Below are positions 1-10,300 of a stretch of DNA of 62,794 bases, piece by piece. Origin of the DNA: Candidatus Undinarchaeales archaeon (GTDB taxonomy: Archaea > SpSt-1190 > JASMDC01); NCBI GenBank assembly GCA_030753015.1, contig JASMDC010000022.1:1-62794 (forward strand), in the 5' to 3' direction. The notes under the pieces are model-generated. The model was not told the DNA's origin and searched no databases. It worked only from the letters and a program-made list of their open reading frames with translations. Each line of letters begins with the position of its first letter. Positions within the stretch are counted from its first letter, which is position 1. Both the position numbers and the translations under genes were made by a program.

Positions 1-43
1 CGCCCTTCACTCTGGGGCGATCGGGAGCGATGAACTGGGATCC

Positions 44-1183
44 GTGGGAGCCGCCTCCCCTGAGAATATCATCACGGAGCTCGCACGGCGCCGCTCGGGC
101 GACGCCGTGTACGGGGCAGGCCGTGTCTTGAACGCCATGTGCTCCTCACCGCCGGACCTCGCCCTGGAGGCCAGTTCCCCGTACATCCTCTCCAACGCCG
201 GGGACGCGTACTTGTTCCCGTCGCTCGGGCACTTGGAGGAGGACGTGCTCAGGTTCGTCGGAAGGCTCGTCGGGGATCCGGATGCCCCGGGATTCCTGGT
301 ATCGGGGGGGAGCGAGGCCAACCTCATGGCGCTCCACGCCGCAAGGAAGGCTGCCGGTGATGGTCGCTGTGAGCTGGTCGCCGCCCGGTCCGCACACTTC
401 TCCATCCGAAAGGCCGCCGACCTGCTCGGTATGCAGCTGGTGACCATCCCTCTCGATGTGGATTTCCGCTTGGACCTCTCCGCCCTTAAGGCCTCTATCG
501 GTCCCGACACCGCCGCGGTGGTTGCCACTGCAGGAACGGCCGAGCTGGGGTGCATCGACGATGTCGAGGGGATCGCTGAGCTCTGCCGGGAGGAGGGCGT
601 CCACCTCCACGTGGACGCGGCGTTCGGGGGATTCGTCATCCCCTTCTTGCGGGAGCTGGGTGTGAGCACGACCCGGTTCGGGTTCGATGTGCCCGGAGTA
701 TCATCCGTCACTATAGATCCCCACAAGATGGGGCTTGCGCCGGTCCCCTGCGGCTGCGTGCTGTTCGCGAACGAGGGGCTGGCGGAGTCCCTGCGGGTCG
801 CAACGCCCTACGTGGACGGGGGGGCGAGCTCCACGGTACTGGGAACCAGGCCCGGCTGGTCGATGGCGGGCGCCTGGGCCACCATCAGGCTCCACGGTCG
901 TTCGGGATACCGTGAGATTGTCCGGCAGTGCATTTCGAAGACCTCACGCATAGCAAAGGGCGTACACAGGATGGAGGGCGCCCGGCTCGTCGTGGAGCCG
1001 TCCATGAACGTCATGGGGATCGAATGCCTGGAGCCTGATGCAGTTCTCGGGAGGCTGAGGGAGCTGGGTTGGAGGGTTACCCTGGCAGAGAGCCCGAGAT
1101 GCCTCAGGGTGGTCGTCATGCCACACATTGCGGACGAGGACGTGGATATGTTCCTGGGCGACCTCAGGACAGCGCTCGATTGA
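44..1183 (+). CDS. mfnA: PLP-dependent group II decarboxylase, MfnA-like (L-tyrosine/L-aspartate decarboxylase)
   Basis: SGGSEAN, AGTAELG, HVDAAFGG and DPHKMG (PLP lysine) motifs. The frame is open back to the window start, so the start codon is uncertain. Confidence 0.85.
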   Translation: MGAASPENIITELARRRSGDAVYGAGRVLNAMCSSPPDLALEASSPYILSNAGDAYLFPSLGHLEEDVLRFVGRLVGDPDAPGFLVSGGSEANLMALHAARKAAGDGRCELVAARSAHFSIRKAADLLGMQLVTIPLDVDFRLDLSALKASIGPDTAAVVATAGTAELGCIDDVEGIAELCREEGVHLHVDAAFGGFVIPFLRELGVSTTRFGFDVPGVSSVTIDPHKMGLAPVPCGCVLFANEGLAESLRVATPYVDGGASSTVLGTRPGWSMAGAWATIRLHGRSGYREIVRQCISKTSRIAKGVHRMEGARLVVEPSMNVMGIECLEPDAVLGRLRELGWRVTLAESPRCLRVVVMPHIADEDVDMFLGDLRTALD

Positions 1184-1227
1184 CACGGGCCAAAGCACTT
1201 TTATTCCTGAGCGGTTGAACACCCGCC

Positions 1228-1962
1228 ATGACATCGGTCCCGCTCACCAGGTTCCTGTCGTTCGCTAGCGACGTGCTCGAGATCCCCCTCTGCCCGGAGA
1301 AGGTCAGCTATCTCTACGTTGAGGGCTCAAAGAACGTCGAGCGTGTGTGCTTCGCCCTGGACGTCACAGAGGGTGCGGTCGATTTCGCAGCGAAGGAAGG
1401 GGTCGACCTCATTGTCACGCACCACCCCATTACATACGGCCCCATCCCACGTATCACCGGTGCCGTCGCACGCAAGGTCCGCAAGCTGCTCGCGAACGAC
1501 ATCTCCCTGTACTCCGCGCACCTCCCCCTGGACGCGGTCTTCAACGGTCCGGTGCTGGCCGAACGCCTCGGGGTGAAGGTCGAGGGCCGATTCGCGTACT
1601 TCGATGGATTCGAGGCCGGAGTGTACGGCACCACCGACCCGGACACCTTCCACGAGGCACTCGCGGGCATGGGCACGGCCTCGCTCCATATGGCGGACCG
1701 CAGCGTGTGTCGTGTAGGAGTGGTCACCGGTAGCGGTGCCAAAGGCCATGTCGTCGCCGAAGCGCAGTCCCTGGGGCTAGACACGCTTGTCACGGGCGAG
1801 CGCTCGTACCACGGACTGCTCAGCTGCGAGGAGGCCGGCCTCAACGTCGTGTTCCTCGGCCATTACGACTCGGAGCTACCGGGACTGCTCGAGTTCATGC
1901 GCAAGGCCGAAAAGGAGCTCAGTATCACAGGTATCCCCTACACAGAGGAGAGGGAGTACTAG
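1228..1962 (+). CDS. Nif3-like dinuclear metal center protein
   Basis: ALD...DLIVTHHP, LYSAHLPLD, GSG, TGE and GHYDSE motifs; TTTTAT box ~30 nt upstream. Confidence 0.9.
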   Translation: MTSVPLTRFLSFASDVLEIPLCPEKVSYLYVEGSKNVERVCFALDVTEGAVDFAAKEGVDLIVTHHPITYGPIPRITGAVARKVRKLLANDISLYSAHLPLDAVFNGPVLAERLGVKVEGRFAYFDGFEAGVYGTTDPDTFHEALAGMGTASLHMADRSVCRVGVVTGSGAKGHVVAEAQSLGLDTLVTGERSYHGLLSCEEAGLNVVFLGHYDSELPGLLEFMRKAEKELSITGIPYTEEREY

Positions 1963-1968
1963 TTCACT

Positions 1969-2946
1969 TCACCCGATGATCACGACCTGTAGCACATTGA
2001 ACATGTAACCGGTGATAACTATCCCAATTGCGACGGTCCCGAAGAACACCAGTATCAGAGGTAGCTTCATCGCCCTTCGGAGTATGACCGCCTCGGGGAC
2101 GGAGAGGGCCGCCGTTGCCATCATGAAGGCTAGGGCCGTGCCCAGGGGTACGCCCTTCTGGAAGAGCACCACGGCGATTGGGACCACAGCGCTGCAGTTG
2201 GCGTAGAGAGGGACGCCAAGGGCCGTGGCGATTGGGACCATGAGCACGCCACCTCTCGAGATTATGTCCTGGATCGCATCCGCCGGTACATAGCCATGGA
2301 GGAACGCGCCGATAGCAACGCCTGCAACGACCCAGCGCCACACCTTTCCCACGATGTCGCGGGCCTCTTCGATGCCGAAGTCCACGCGCTCCCTCATTGA
2401 CCCGTACTCCTCGTCTTCCAAATCCTCGTCAGGCGACACGAGGTCCTCAACAAGGTGCACTTCCAGCCCCATACGGCCCAGCGCCATGCCCGCGACGATG
2501 CCGATCGTCATACCGCTCGCGATGTACGCCGCAGTGATACGCCAGCCGAACTCGCTGAGCATGATGATGGCGATGTACTCGTTGATGAGCGGTGATGTGA
2601 TGAGGAAGGAGAACGCGATCCCGAGCGGGATGCCCGCTTCCATGAACCCTATGAATATGGGGACCGAAGAGCATGAGCAGAAAGGAGAGACCGCACCGAA
2701 CACCGCGGCGAACACGTTCCCTTGCCCGGGAGGTCCCCGCATCAGCCATTCCTTCACCCGCTTGCGGGACAGATAGGTCCGCAGCACACCGATGGCGGCG
2801 ATCATCACAAAGAGGAGCAGGATGATCTTCACGGTGTCATAGATGAAGAAGTTGAGCGCTGCGGCCGCGGGCCCTTCCTCACTCCCTAGAAGGGCGAGGA
2901 CGGTCCGGTCGGCCAGGACCTGGACAGGATAGAACGGATCTAACAT
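1969..2946 (-). CDS. ArsP/DUF318-family permease
   Basis: PFCSCSSVPIF and GVPLY motifs, multiple TM segments, last gene of the ars operon. Start placed at MLDP, immediately after the small upstream gene. Confidence 0.85.
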   Translation of the reverse strand: MLDPFYPVQVLADRTVLALLGSEEGPAAAALNFFIYDTVKIILLLFVMIAAIGVLRTYLSRKRVKEWLMRGPPGQGNVFAAVFGAVSPFCSCSSVPIFIGFMEAGIPLGIAFSFLITSPLINEYIAIIMLSEFGWRITAAYIASGMTIGIVAGMALGRMGLEVHLVEDLVSPDEDLEDEEYGSMRERVDFGIEEARDIVGKVWRWVVAGVAIGAFLHGYVPADAIQDIISRGGVLMVPIATALGVPLYANCSAVVPIAVVLFQKGVPLGTALAFMMATAALSVPEAVILRRAMKLPLILVFFGTVAIGIVITGYMFNVLQVVIIG

Positions 2947-2948
2947 AC

Positions 2949-3092
2949 CTACTTCTCTTCTTTCTTCTTCTTGGGCGGCGGACAGCACGAGCTGTCGGAG
3001 CAACCGCATCCGCTCTTCTTCGACCTGTCCTCTAGGTCATTGTCCATCTTCTCCAATAATCCCTTGAGCCAGCCCTTCTTTTCTTCAACCAT
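2949..3092 (-). CDS. 47-aa Cys-rich small protein (not in ORF track)
   Basis: Manual translation MVEEKKGWLKGLLEKMDNDLEDRSKKSGCGCSDSSCCPPPKKKKEEK. AGGTGA RBS upstream of the ATG; fills the gap between acr3 and the permease. Confidence 0.75.
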   Translation of the reverse strand: MVEEKKGWLKGLLEKMDNDLEDRSKKSGCGCSDSSCCPPPKKKKEEK

Positions 3093-3136
3093 TTTCGTTC
3101 ACCTTTGTACGATCAATCCTAAATGTTGCGGCCCCG

Positions 3137-4249
3137 TCATCCCTCTGCGGGGAACCAGTCGCGCGTCCGCAGGCACACGACAACGAGCATTAGCATCACG
3201 GGTACCTCTATGAGCACGCCGACCACCGTGGCCAGCGCAGCACCGGACCTCAATCCGAACAGCATGGTCGCTGTGGCTATGGCAACCTCGAAGTGGTTGG
3301 ACGCGCCGATGAGGGCGCTTGGAGCGGCGTTCTCGTACGAGAGCCCGATGAGCTTTGCTATCCCGTATCCGAGCACGAATATGAGGATGGTCTGTATGAA
3401 CAGGGGCACTGCGATGTAGAATATGGTGCTGGGATGCTTCAAGATGACATCACCCTTGAACGAGAAGAGGAGCACCAAGGTCACCAGCAGAGCCATGATG
3501 GAGACGGTGCCCAAGTGCGGCAGGAAGTTCTCCTCGAAGTACTCCATACCCTTGTTCTCGATGATCCACTTTCTCGTGAAGTAGCCCGCGACCAGAGGAA
3601 GCCCAACATACACTACGACCGAGAGCACGATGGTCTGCCAGGGGATGGGCAGGGCGTTCACACCCAGGAGGTAGCCTCCCAGCGGTGCATACAGAAAGAG
3701 CATGGTCAGCGAGTTGATGGCGACCATCACCAGGGTGTGGCCCATATTGGCCTTGGCAAGATGGCTCCACACGAGCACCATGGCCGTGCATGGAGCGATG
3801 CCCAGCAGGATGGCGCCTGCGATATAGGAGCGGAAAAGCTCAACCTGTCTTCCGTCCTTGATTATCTCGGTCCCCGCCAGGTCCGGGGCGAACAGAGAGC
3901 CTAGGAAGAAGGAGGCGATGAGGTACATGGTGAAGGGCTTCACGCACCAGTTGACGAACAGGGTGAGCGCGACCGGTTTGGGGGTCTTGCCTGCCTTGAC
4001 CACCTCGGCAAAGTCGATCTTCACCATGATGGGGTACATCATGAAGAACAGGCAGATCGCTATGGGGACGGACACCTGGTATACGGCCATCTGGTCCAAG
4101 GCCGTGGCGACGCCAGGGGCCACTCTCCCGAGGATGATCCCTGCCACGATGCATAGGATGACCCATAAAGAGAGGTATCGCTCGAAGAAGCTAAGACCGC
4201 GTCCCGCGGTCTTCTCCTCGGGATTTGCATCTTTGGATCCCTTGTCCAT
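3137..4249 (-). CDS. acr3: Acr3-family arsenite efflux transporter
   Basis: [30 protein letters not shown] and [10 protein letters not shown] motifs. Confidence 0.95.
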   Translation of the reverse strand: MDKGSKDANPEEKTAGRGLSFFERYLSLWVILCIVAGIILGRVAPGVATALDQMAVYQVSVPIAICLFFMMYPIMVKIDFAEVVKAGKTPKPVALTLFVNWCVKPFTMYLIASFFLGSLFAPDLAGTEIIKDGRQVELFRSYIAGAILLGIAPCTAMVLVWSHLAKANMGHTLVMVAINSLTMLFLYAPLGGYLLGVNALPIPWQTIVLSVVVYVGLPLVAGYFTRKWIIENKGMEYFEENFLPHLGTVSIMALLVTLVLLFSFKGDVILKHPSTIFYIAVPLFIQTILIFVLGYGIAKLIGLSYENAAPSALIGASNHFEVAIATATMLFGLRSGAALATVVGVLIEVPVMLMLVVVCLRTRDWFPAEG

Positions 4250-4321
4250 TTTCTAGTCATCGTCTCCTATGGTGATCCACCGTTCTCGTTGATCCTCTAG
4301 CTCCTACGGTCATCATGCCAT

Positions 4322-4624
4322 CTATTCCTCGTCGCACTCCACGCACCTGCAGATACCCTCGACCGTCCCAGCAACGCGTTCGGCATCACGAAGGAGTACG
4401 ATGAGGGAGGGATCGGTCAGACGGTACATGATGCGCTTCCCGTCCCGTCGGCTCTGCACAAGCCCGCATTCCCTCAGGCGCTTGAGGTGGTGGGAGGTGA
4501 GCGACTGGTCCCGATCCAGATGCTCGACTATCTCGCGCACGCACCGCTCGTCCTTCCCAAGGAATAGGAGGATGCGACGGCGTGTATTATCGTCCAGACA
4601 ACGGAACAGACGTTCGACATCCAT
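4322..4624 (-). CDS. arsR: ArsR/SmtB-family transcriptional regulator
   Basis: L.D.TRRRIL, ERCV.EI and SHHLK.LR.CGLV winged helix; C-terminal CRCVEC. Alternative start at 4636. Confidence 0.9.
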   Translation of the reverse strand: MDVERLFRCLDDNTRRRILLFLGKDERCVREIVEHLDRDQSLTSHHLKRLRECGLVQSRRDGKRIMYRLTDPSLIVLLRDAERVAGTVEGICRCVECDEE

Positions 4625-4643
4625 ATGAATTCTCATTCATATG
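4622..4643. promoter_or_regulatory. ArsR/SmtB-type operator palindrome
   Basis: Perfect inverted repeat CATATGAAT-tctc-ATTCATATG overlapping the arsR start, downstream of a TTTATAT box on the minus strand (~4655-4661). Confidence 0.75.
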
Positions 4644-4767
4644 AACCGCGGTCAATATAAACCTTGCCCCGGGTGACCGCCACCAGCGGCTCAGATCGCC
4701 CGTCACGCATCATCGGGCCAAAGGCCCTGCGAGACAAAAGCTCTCATCATCGCCGCGGGCGGGGTCA

Positions 4768-5835
4768 TTACCCCGCGGGGGGACCCACTACCGGCGTCGC
4801 ACCGGCCTTCTCCAAAAGGTCCGACTCCTCCAGCAACCGGGCCGTCTCCTCCCTGAGGGCGCGCATGAGCTCCTCTTCGATATGCTGGAAATGCTCTCTG
4901 TGCCCTCCCCAGGCCTCAAGGAGAGCATCGAGCGTGGGACCCCCCTCAAGTGCTAGAGCACTTAGGGATTCGTCCAATCCAGGAGGGCCCACAGGAGATC
5001 CGGGCTCGAACGCTACAGGGCCCGAGGTCGTGAGCTCGAAGGCGAGCATTATCCGTCCCTTTGAATCCACCACTAGATGCACGATCCCCTCGTCCTCGCG
5101 CAGGACCATGTGGGACCGCCCAGCAAGTATAACGGTGGCGACACGGGTGAGGGTGAGCACGACTGGTCCCCGGAACCTGAGCAGCGAGCGAGTACCGAGA
5201 CATCGTCCGCATTGCGGGCAGAGGTGGAGGTTCACAACCGGTCGGTCCTGAGCACAAGCCAGGGGCTCCATTGCAGCTCCGCATCTCGGGCAGCCCTTTC
5301 CAACGTCCAGTACGGCCAGCTCGTCCCGTCGCTGCAGGAACCGCTCCCAGGCGGCCTCTACGATGGCGTGATGCTCGTCGTCAGATCCCACGCCTCTGCA
5401 GAGATGGGAATGGACCGTGACAACAGCATCATGGAGGCGAGCAAGGCCTTCCCGGTCCAGCTCATCGCTTTCATGGGCCGGACGGAGCTCTGCGATGATA
5501 CCCTGGGCTTCTTCTAGAGCCTTAGCGTCCTGCTTGGCCTCACGCTTGCGGAGGACTATGGCCCGGCGGGAAAGGGTCTCGCAGCCCCCTCCATCGCCGA
5601 CCAGCTGCCGTAGAGCGGACGCTGCTTCCAGCTCCTCTGCGGCCAGACCGTAGTGCTCCCAGCGTTTCCATGAGTTTGCGGCATCACCGAGGGCCTCAGT
5701 GAGGGCATCGGCGCTCCGCCGGGCCGCATCTGACGCTCCGTGATGGAGGAATAGCCTGATGATGCGTGTCCCCAGCTCAAGCTCGTAGGGCCCCAGGTGT
5801 CCCTTGCGGGAAGCCCGGCGCGCCCATGTCTCCAT
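4768..5835 (-). CDS. Hypothetical protein: helical N-terminus plus CPRC/CPQC zinc ribbon
   Basis: Long ORF with two CxxC pairs; TATA-like box at ~5857-5866. Confidence 0.65.
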   Translation of the reverse strand: METWARRASRKGHLGPYELELGTRIIRLFLHHGASDAARRSADALTEALGDAANSWKRWEHYGLAAEELEAASALRQLVGDGGGCETLSRRAIVLRKREAKQDAKALEEAQGIIAELRPAHESDELDREGLARLHDAVVTVHSHLCRGVGSDDEHHAIVEAAWERFLQRRDELAVLDVGKGCPRCGAAMEPLACAQDRPVVNLHLCPQCGRCLGTRSLLRFRGPVVLTLTRVATVILAGRSHMVLREDEGIVHLVVDSKGRIMLAFELTTSGPVAFEPGSPVGPPGLDESLSALALEGGPTLDALLEAWGGHREHFQHIEEELMRALREETARLLEESDLLEKAGATPVVGPPAG

Positions 5836-5929
5836 AGGGCCGCGGACCCCGACAAGATTTATTAAGGGATTGGGGGGGGCCAAGGTCTTGCCGATAGGGT
5901 CTTAAAGCTTGGCCCTTCCGCCGGAGACC

Positions 5930-6208
5930 ATGGACCTTGAGCTCAAGAAGTCCGTAACCGTGACCGTGTTCACCATGCCGAAGTGCGCCAACTGTCCCGC
6001 CGCCAAGGAGGTCGTGGACAGGGTGGCAAGTCGCTCGGACAAGATCGAGGTCAAGCACGTCGACCTCTCCACGGACATGGTCACAGGCCTTCTCTACCAG
6101 ATCATGTCCACCCCCTCCATCGCCATCGGTGAGGAAGCGGTGTTCCGTGGCGAGGTCCCCTCCGAGGAACAGCTCGTCGCCGAGATCGTCAAGCGCGCAG
6201 GTCAGTGA
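5930..6208 (+). CDS. Thioredoxin/glutaredoxin-like redox protein
   Basis: CANC active site, STPSIAI cis-Pro loop, FRGEVP. Confidence 0.85.
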   Translation: MDLELKKSVTVTVFTMPKCANCPAAKEVVDRVASRSDKIEVKHVDLSTDMVTGLLYQIMSTPSIAIGEEAVFRGEVPSEEQLVAEIVKRAGQ

Positions 6209-6209
6209 C

Positions 6210-6944
6210 GTGCTCCTCGCCCCGATCACCCATATGAGCACCGTGGACTATCCCGGCAAGCTCTCCGCCGTGGTCTTCCTTGGAGGATGCAACCTCCGCT
6301 GCCCCTACTGCCAGAACCGCAGCCTGATCAGTGGGGATGACTGCACCGAGCGCAGTGAAGAGGACGTGCTGGCCGAGCTCCGCGGATCAGCTGACTTCCT
6401 CGACGCCGTGACGATCACAGGTGGCGAGCCACTGCTCCAGGACATGCTGCCCCTCGTTATGGGCATCAAGGAGATGGGCCTCCTGGTGAAGATCGATACG
6501 AACGGCACGCATCCCGACAAGTTGAAGGCGCTCATCGACCTCGTCGATTACGTGGCCATAGATGTGAAGGCACCTCTGGTCCAGGATCGGTACGAGCGGA
6601 TCATTGGGCGGGAGTATCTGGACATCGTTGAGCTCGTGCGCCGCTCAAAGGACATCGCTCGCGGTAAGTACCTCGAGGCTCGGACCACGGTATTACCACG
6701 GCTCCACACCCGGGAGGACCTCCTGGACATCGCCCGCACCATCCGTGCCGACCGCCTCACCATCCAGCAGTTCCGGGGATCTGAGGGTACACTGGACCCC
6801 AAGTATACAAATGAACCTAGCTATAGCCGCGACGAGCTCGTGGATATAGCACGTGATGTGGCAGGAGTGTTCGAGAACTATGTGTACATCAGGACTGCGG
6901 AGAACGGCCTGGAACGCGTGACGCCCACTGGCGTCGTGCGCTGA
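6210..6944 (+). CDS. nrdG: Anaerobic ribonucleotide reductase activating radical SAM protein (NrdG-like)
   Basis: STVDYPG, GCNLRCPYCQN, TGGEP, DTNG, DVKAP and EARTT motifs. Confidence 0.85.
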   Translation: MLLAPITHMSTVDYPGKLSAVVFLGGCNLRCPYCQNRSLISGDDCTERSEEDVLAELRGSADFLDAVTITGGEPLLQDMLPLVMGIKEMGLLVKIDTNGTHPDKLKALIDLVDYVAIDVKAPLVQDRYERIIGREYLDIVELVRRSKDIARGKYLEARTTVLPRLHTREDLLDIARTIRADRLTIQQFRGSEGTLDPKYTNEPSYSRDELVDIARDVAGVFENYVYIRTAENGLERVTPTGVVR

Positions 6945-7024
6945 CGAGTGTACGCCGCGCTTGGCAGTTTTATATACGATGATGACACATCCATACTTTG
7001 GCCCCCCGCCAGGATTGAGATGAT

Positions 7025-7348
7025 ATGTTCTTTGGCCGAGAGGAATCACCCATAGAAGCAATGCCCGTGCTCGACGCGGACGAGATGTACCCCGATCCCC
7101 AGATGCGACACTCCATCGTAGTGTGCGACCTGAGCGAGTACCCACACGTGCATAATGTCCTGCGTGCGTTCAACGAGGATAAGATCTGCATGATCCGCCT
7201 TGGAGAGCCCATCACATCCGACTCGATGAACCTGGGCAATGCGCTCAAGGGGTTGCGGCAGGCCTGCCTCGACCGTGGTGGTAGGATGCTCGGTCTCGAC
7301 GGGGCATGGCTCCTCATGCTCCCGGAGAACGTGGACCTCCAAGCGTGA
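7025..7348 (+). CDS. sepF: Archaeal cell division protein SepF
   Basis: Size and C-terminal pattern (LRQAC...GG.M.GL...WLLMLPENV) typical of archaeal SepF. Confidence 0.65.
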   Translation: MFFGREESPIEAMPVLDADEMYPDPQMRHSIVVCDLSEYPHVHNVLRAFNEDKICMIRLGEPITSDSMNLGNALKGLRQACLDRGGRMLGLDGAWLLMLPENVDLQA

Positions 7349-7397
7349 GAAGGCCCCCGCCAAACAACATATAAGCTTTCACGGCTGAGCTTTCAGC

Positions 7398-10300
7398 ATG
7401 AGCTTGAGCTCGGTCGGTCGCGCGCTACCGCTCATCCTGCTGGTCATCTTACTTACCAGCAGGGCGGTCACCGCTGCTACCGTGTCGGGCACGACCAACC
7501 TCTTGGAGATGCGCCGGGCCGATGTTTCCTTCACCATCGAGCTCGAGCCGGACGAGGTCTCCTCCCTGTTCTCAACTGAGGAGGAGAAGCTCCGGGAGTA
7601 CGTCTGTCGGTCGCTCTTCAACGACTATGCATTGAGCTTCTGCTTCGTCTCCTTCGAGAATGAAAAGCTCTATGTACACGTGTTCATCGACGACATCTCG
7701 CATTTCGTGGTGCTCAAGGACCTTTCCCCGACAGGTGAGGTCTCGTTCCAGATCTCGTACACACCGCTCTACCTCGAGCTCTTTGATAACATCGGGATCT
7801 CTTGGGAGGAGAATGTGCTCGTCCCCCCTGCCCAGCGGTTCCGGAAGAGCGGCGTGTCGGGCCAGAGGATCAACTTGAACATCGGTGTGTTCGCGGACAT
7901 CCAGGGGATCAGCTTCGATCCGGCGCTCTCGGCACCCGCAGCCACCCAACGTTCCGCGGTAGGACTGGAATTCAACATCGACGAGGCCACGGAGATCAGA
8001 CCGACCCTGTGCCTTACCTACGTCCGACGCGGACGTTCCGTGTACTTCACCCAGGTCTCGCCTGGCTGTGCCCCCACCTACGTTCACGTTGGATCGTGGC
8101 CAGTCGCCTCCGATTACACAATTGAGACCTTCGCTGTGAGCGTGGGGGATACCCTCCATGTAGCCCACAAGGGTTTCATCTTTGCCGTCACCACACCGCC
8201 CCAGCAGTTCATGTCCTTCCAGACAACGGTGAGCAGGTCCTCGCGTATCGTGTACCGCGGTGAGACCGCGACGGCCCGCCTGCAGAGCCATAAGCTGGAC
8301 GCGAGCTGCACGGTGAAACTGGTAGACGCCCGGGGTGATGCCGTGTTCGACAGCGCGGTGGGGTGCGACGCCGAGGTGCCCGTCGACACCACCCAGCTCG
8401 ATGACGGGGCATATGTCTTCCAGGCCGAAGGAGTGAGTGGCCCAGAGCGCAACTCCCTCTCCCGTGTGTTCCAGGTGATGACCTCCAAGACACGGGAGCT
8501 GGAGGGAAACTTCACCGCCAAGCGGGACTTCATGGCCGGTGAAACAATCACCATCACCCTCTCTCATCTGTCGAACGCCATGTGCTACGCCACTCTACTG
8601 GATGCGGTGGGATCGGTGGTGGCAGCCCACAACGAGCCTCAGCAATGTGCAGGGTTCTTCCTCGAGGTGCCCGCAGGGGCCCGCAGGGGCGAGTACACGC
8701 TCCGTATCCGAGTGGTCCAAGGGGGCCGCACGGTCGCGACCCGGAGCCAGTCGATCATCATCCACGACATCGAGCCCGATAACCGTCTCTTCGGCATCTG
8801 CCACAATGGACAGTTCTTCGTGGGCCCTGAGCTCGCTATGCCATGCCTGAACGAGGGCATGCGGTGCCGCCCAGGGCCTGATGAGCTCCCTTCCTGCCTG
8901 TGCGCCAACCGACGCGATGTGTTCGTGTGCAAGATGGAGGCTCTCTGCACCGAGAACGGCTGCCAGGGAGGCAGGGATGTGGGCTTCGACCTCACCGAGG
9001 GTGGCTGCTCCATCCGCGCTGGCCTTGTATCATATGCCTGTGCGTTCGATGGGGAGACGTGTGCAAAAAGGACGTGCTCATGTCTTGACGACACGTCCAA
9101 CACCTTGGATACTTGCGTTTTTGGCCAGATGTGCACCCTGAACGGGTGCAAGGAGCCGACGCTGACGGCCAAGGTCGAGGAACTAACCCCGCTCACGGTC
9201 CACCGGGAGGATATCGCCGCCGGTGTCACCTTCGACCTAGTGGTGAAGCTGGGCTACCGTCAGGTTGACCTCTCCGACGAGCTCACACGGGACCTCCATG
9301 CCCAGTTCACCGTTGGGCGGGAGCGCCTTCCCCGGGTACGACCTGCGGAGTACCTGGGTAGTGGTAGGTGGCGCTTCAGGTTCCCTGTCCAGGCCAATCC
9401 AGAACCTGGCTTCTATCGCGTGCACATCAAGGTGTTCTATCACGAGGAGACCTGGTCAATAGCGCGCACCATCGAAGTGTGGCACCCCCGGCACGCCGGG
9501 GACCTGGATGGACGAGTAGTGGCCGCGCCCACGACCTTCGAGCACACGGACATCCACTTCGGTATACGTAAGCATATCCTCTTGCGTCTCTCGGACCGGG
9601 GGAACCTGGTCACGTCATTCCCATCGAACGCATTCCGTGTGTACCTCGGTGGCGAGGAGATGATGGTCAACTCCGCCGAGTACGACGATATCAGAGGCCT
9701 ATGGGATCTGCTCGTCATCTTCCGGTCTCCACATCCCGAGGAGATGGGCCCGTACGCGGCCCTTGAGGTGAACGTATCCCATCTCGGCCAGGGCATCAAC
9801 CTCACGGCGCCACCCGTAGAGCTGCACGAAGTGGCGCCCACGACCATTGATATCGTATCAGTGGAGCCCACCGACTACGTGTTCCAGGCAGAGAGCGTTC
9901 TAGGGTTCGACTTCACCCTCACCCTGGCCCTCCGCGGGTTCACCAACGAGGACTTCCGCAACCTCTACATCACGATCACGAACGACTACGGTGAAGGCGT
10001 CAAGACGACCACCATCCCCTACGATGAGATGAATCTCGTGAACACACCTCAGGGCATCCAGGTGTTCGTGCGCAGCGTGCGGTTCTGCGACCCTGTCATC
10101 TTCCTCCCCAAGCTCCTAAAGGTGCGCATCGGCGTAGTTGGTAAGGAGTTCTCATCCGCCAAGACCCACCTTTTCGTCCGCCAGAATCCCGGCGGGTACC
10201 TCTTCGACACCTGCGACATTGCGCGTGACGAGGGCTCCTATGGGAATATCATCATCGAGGAGAGGACGCTCGACCACATGCGTGTATCGGTGCGCAACAC

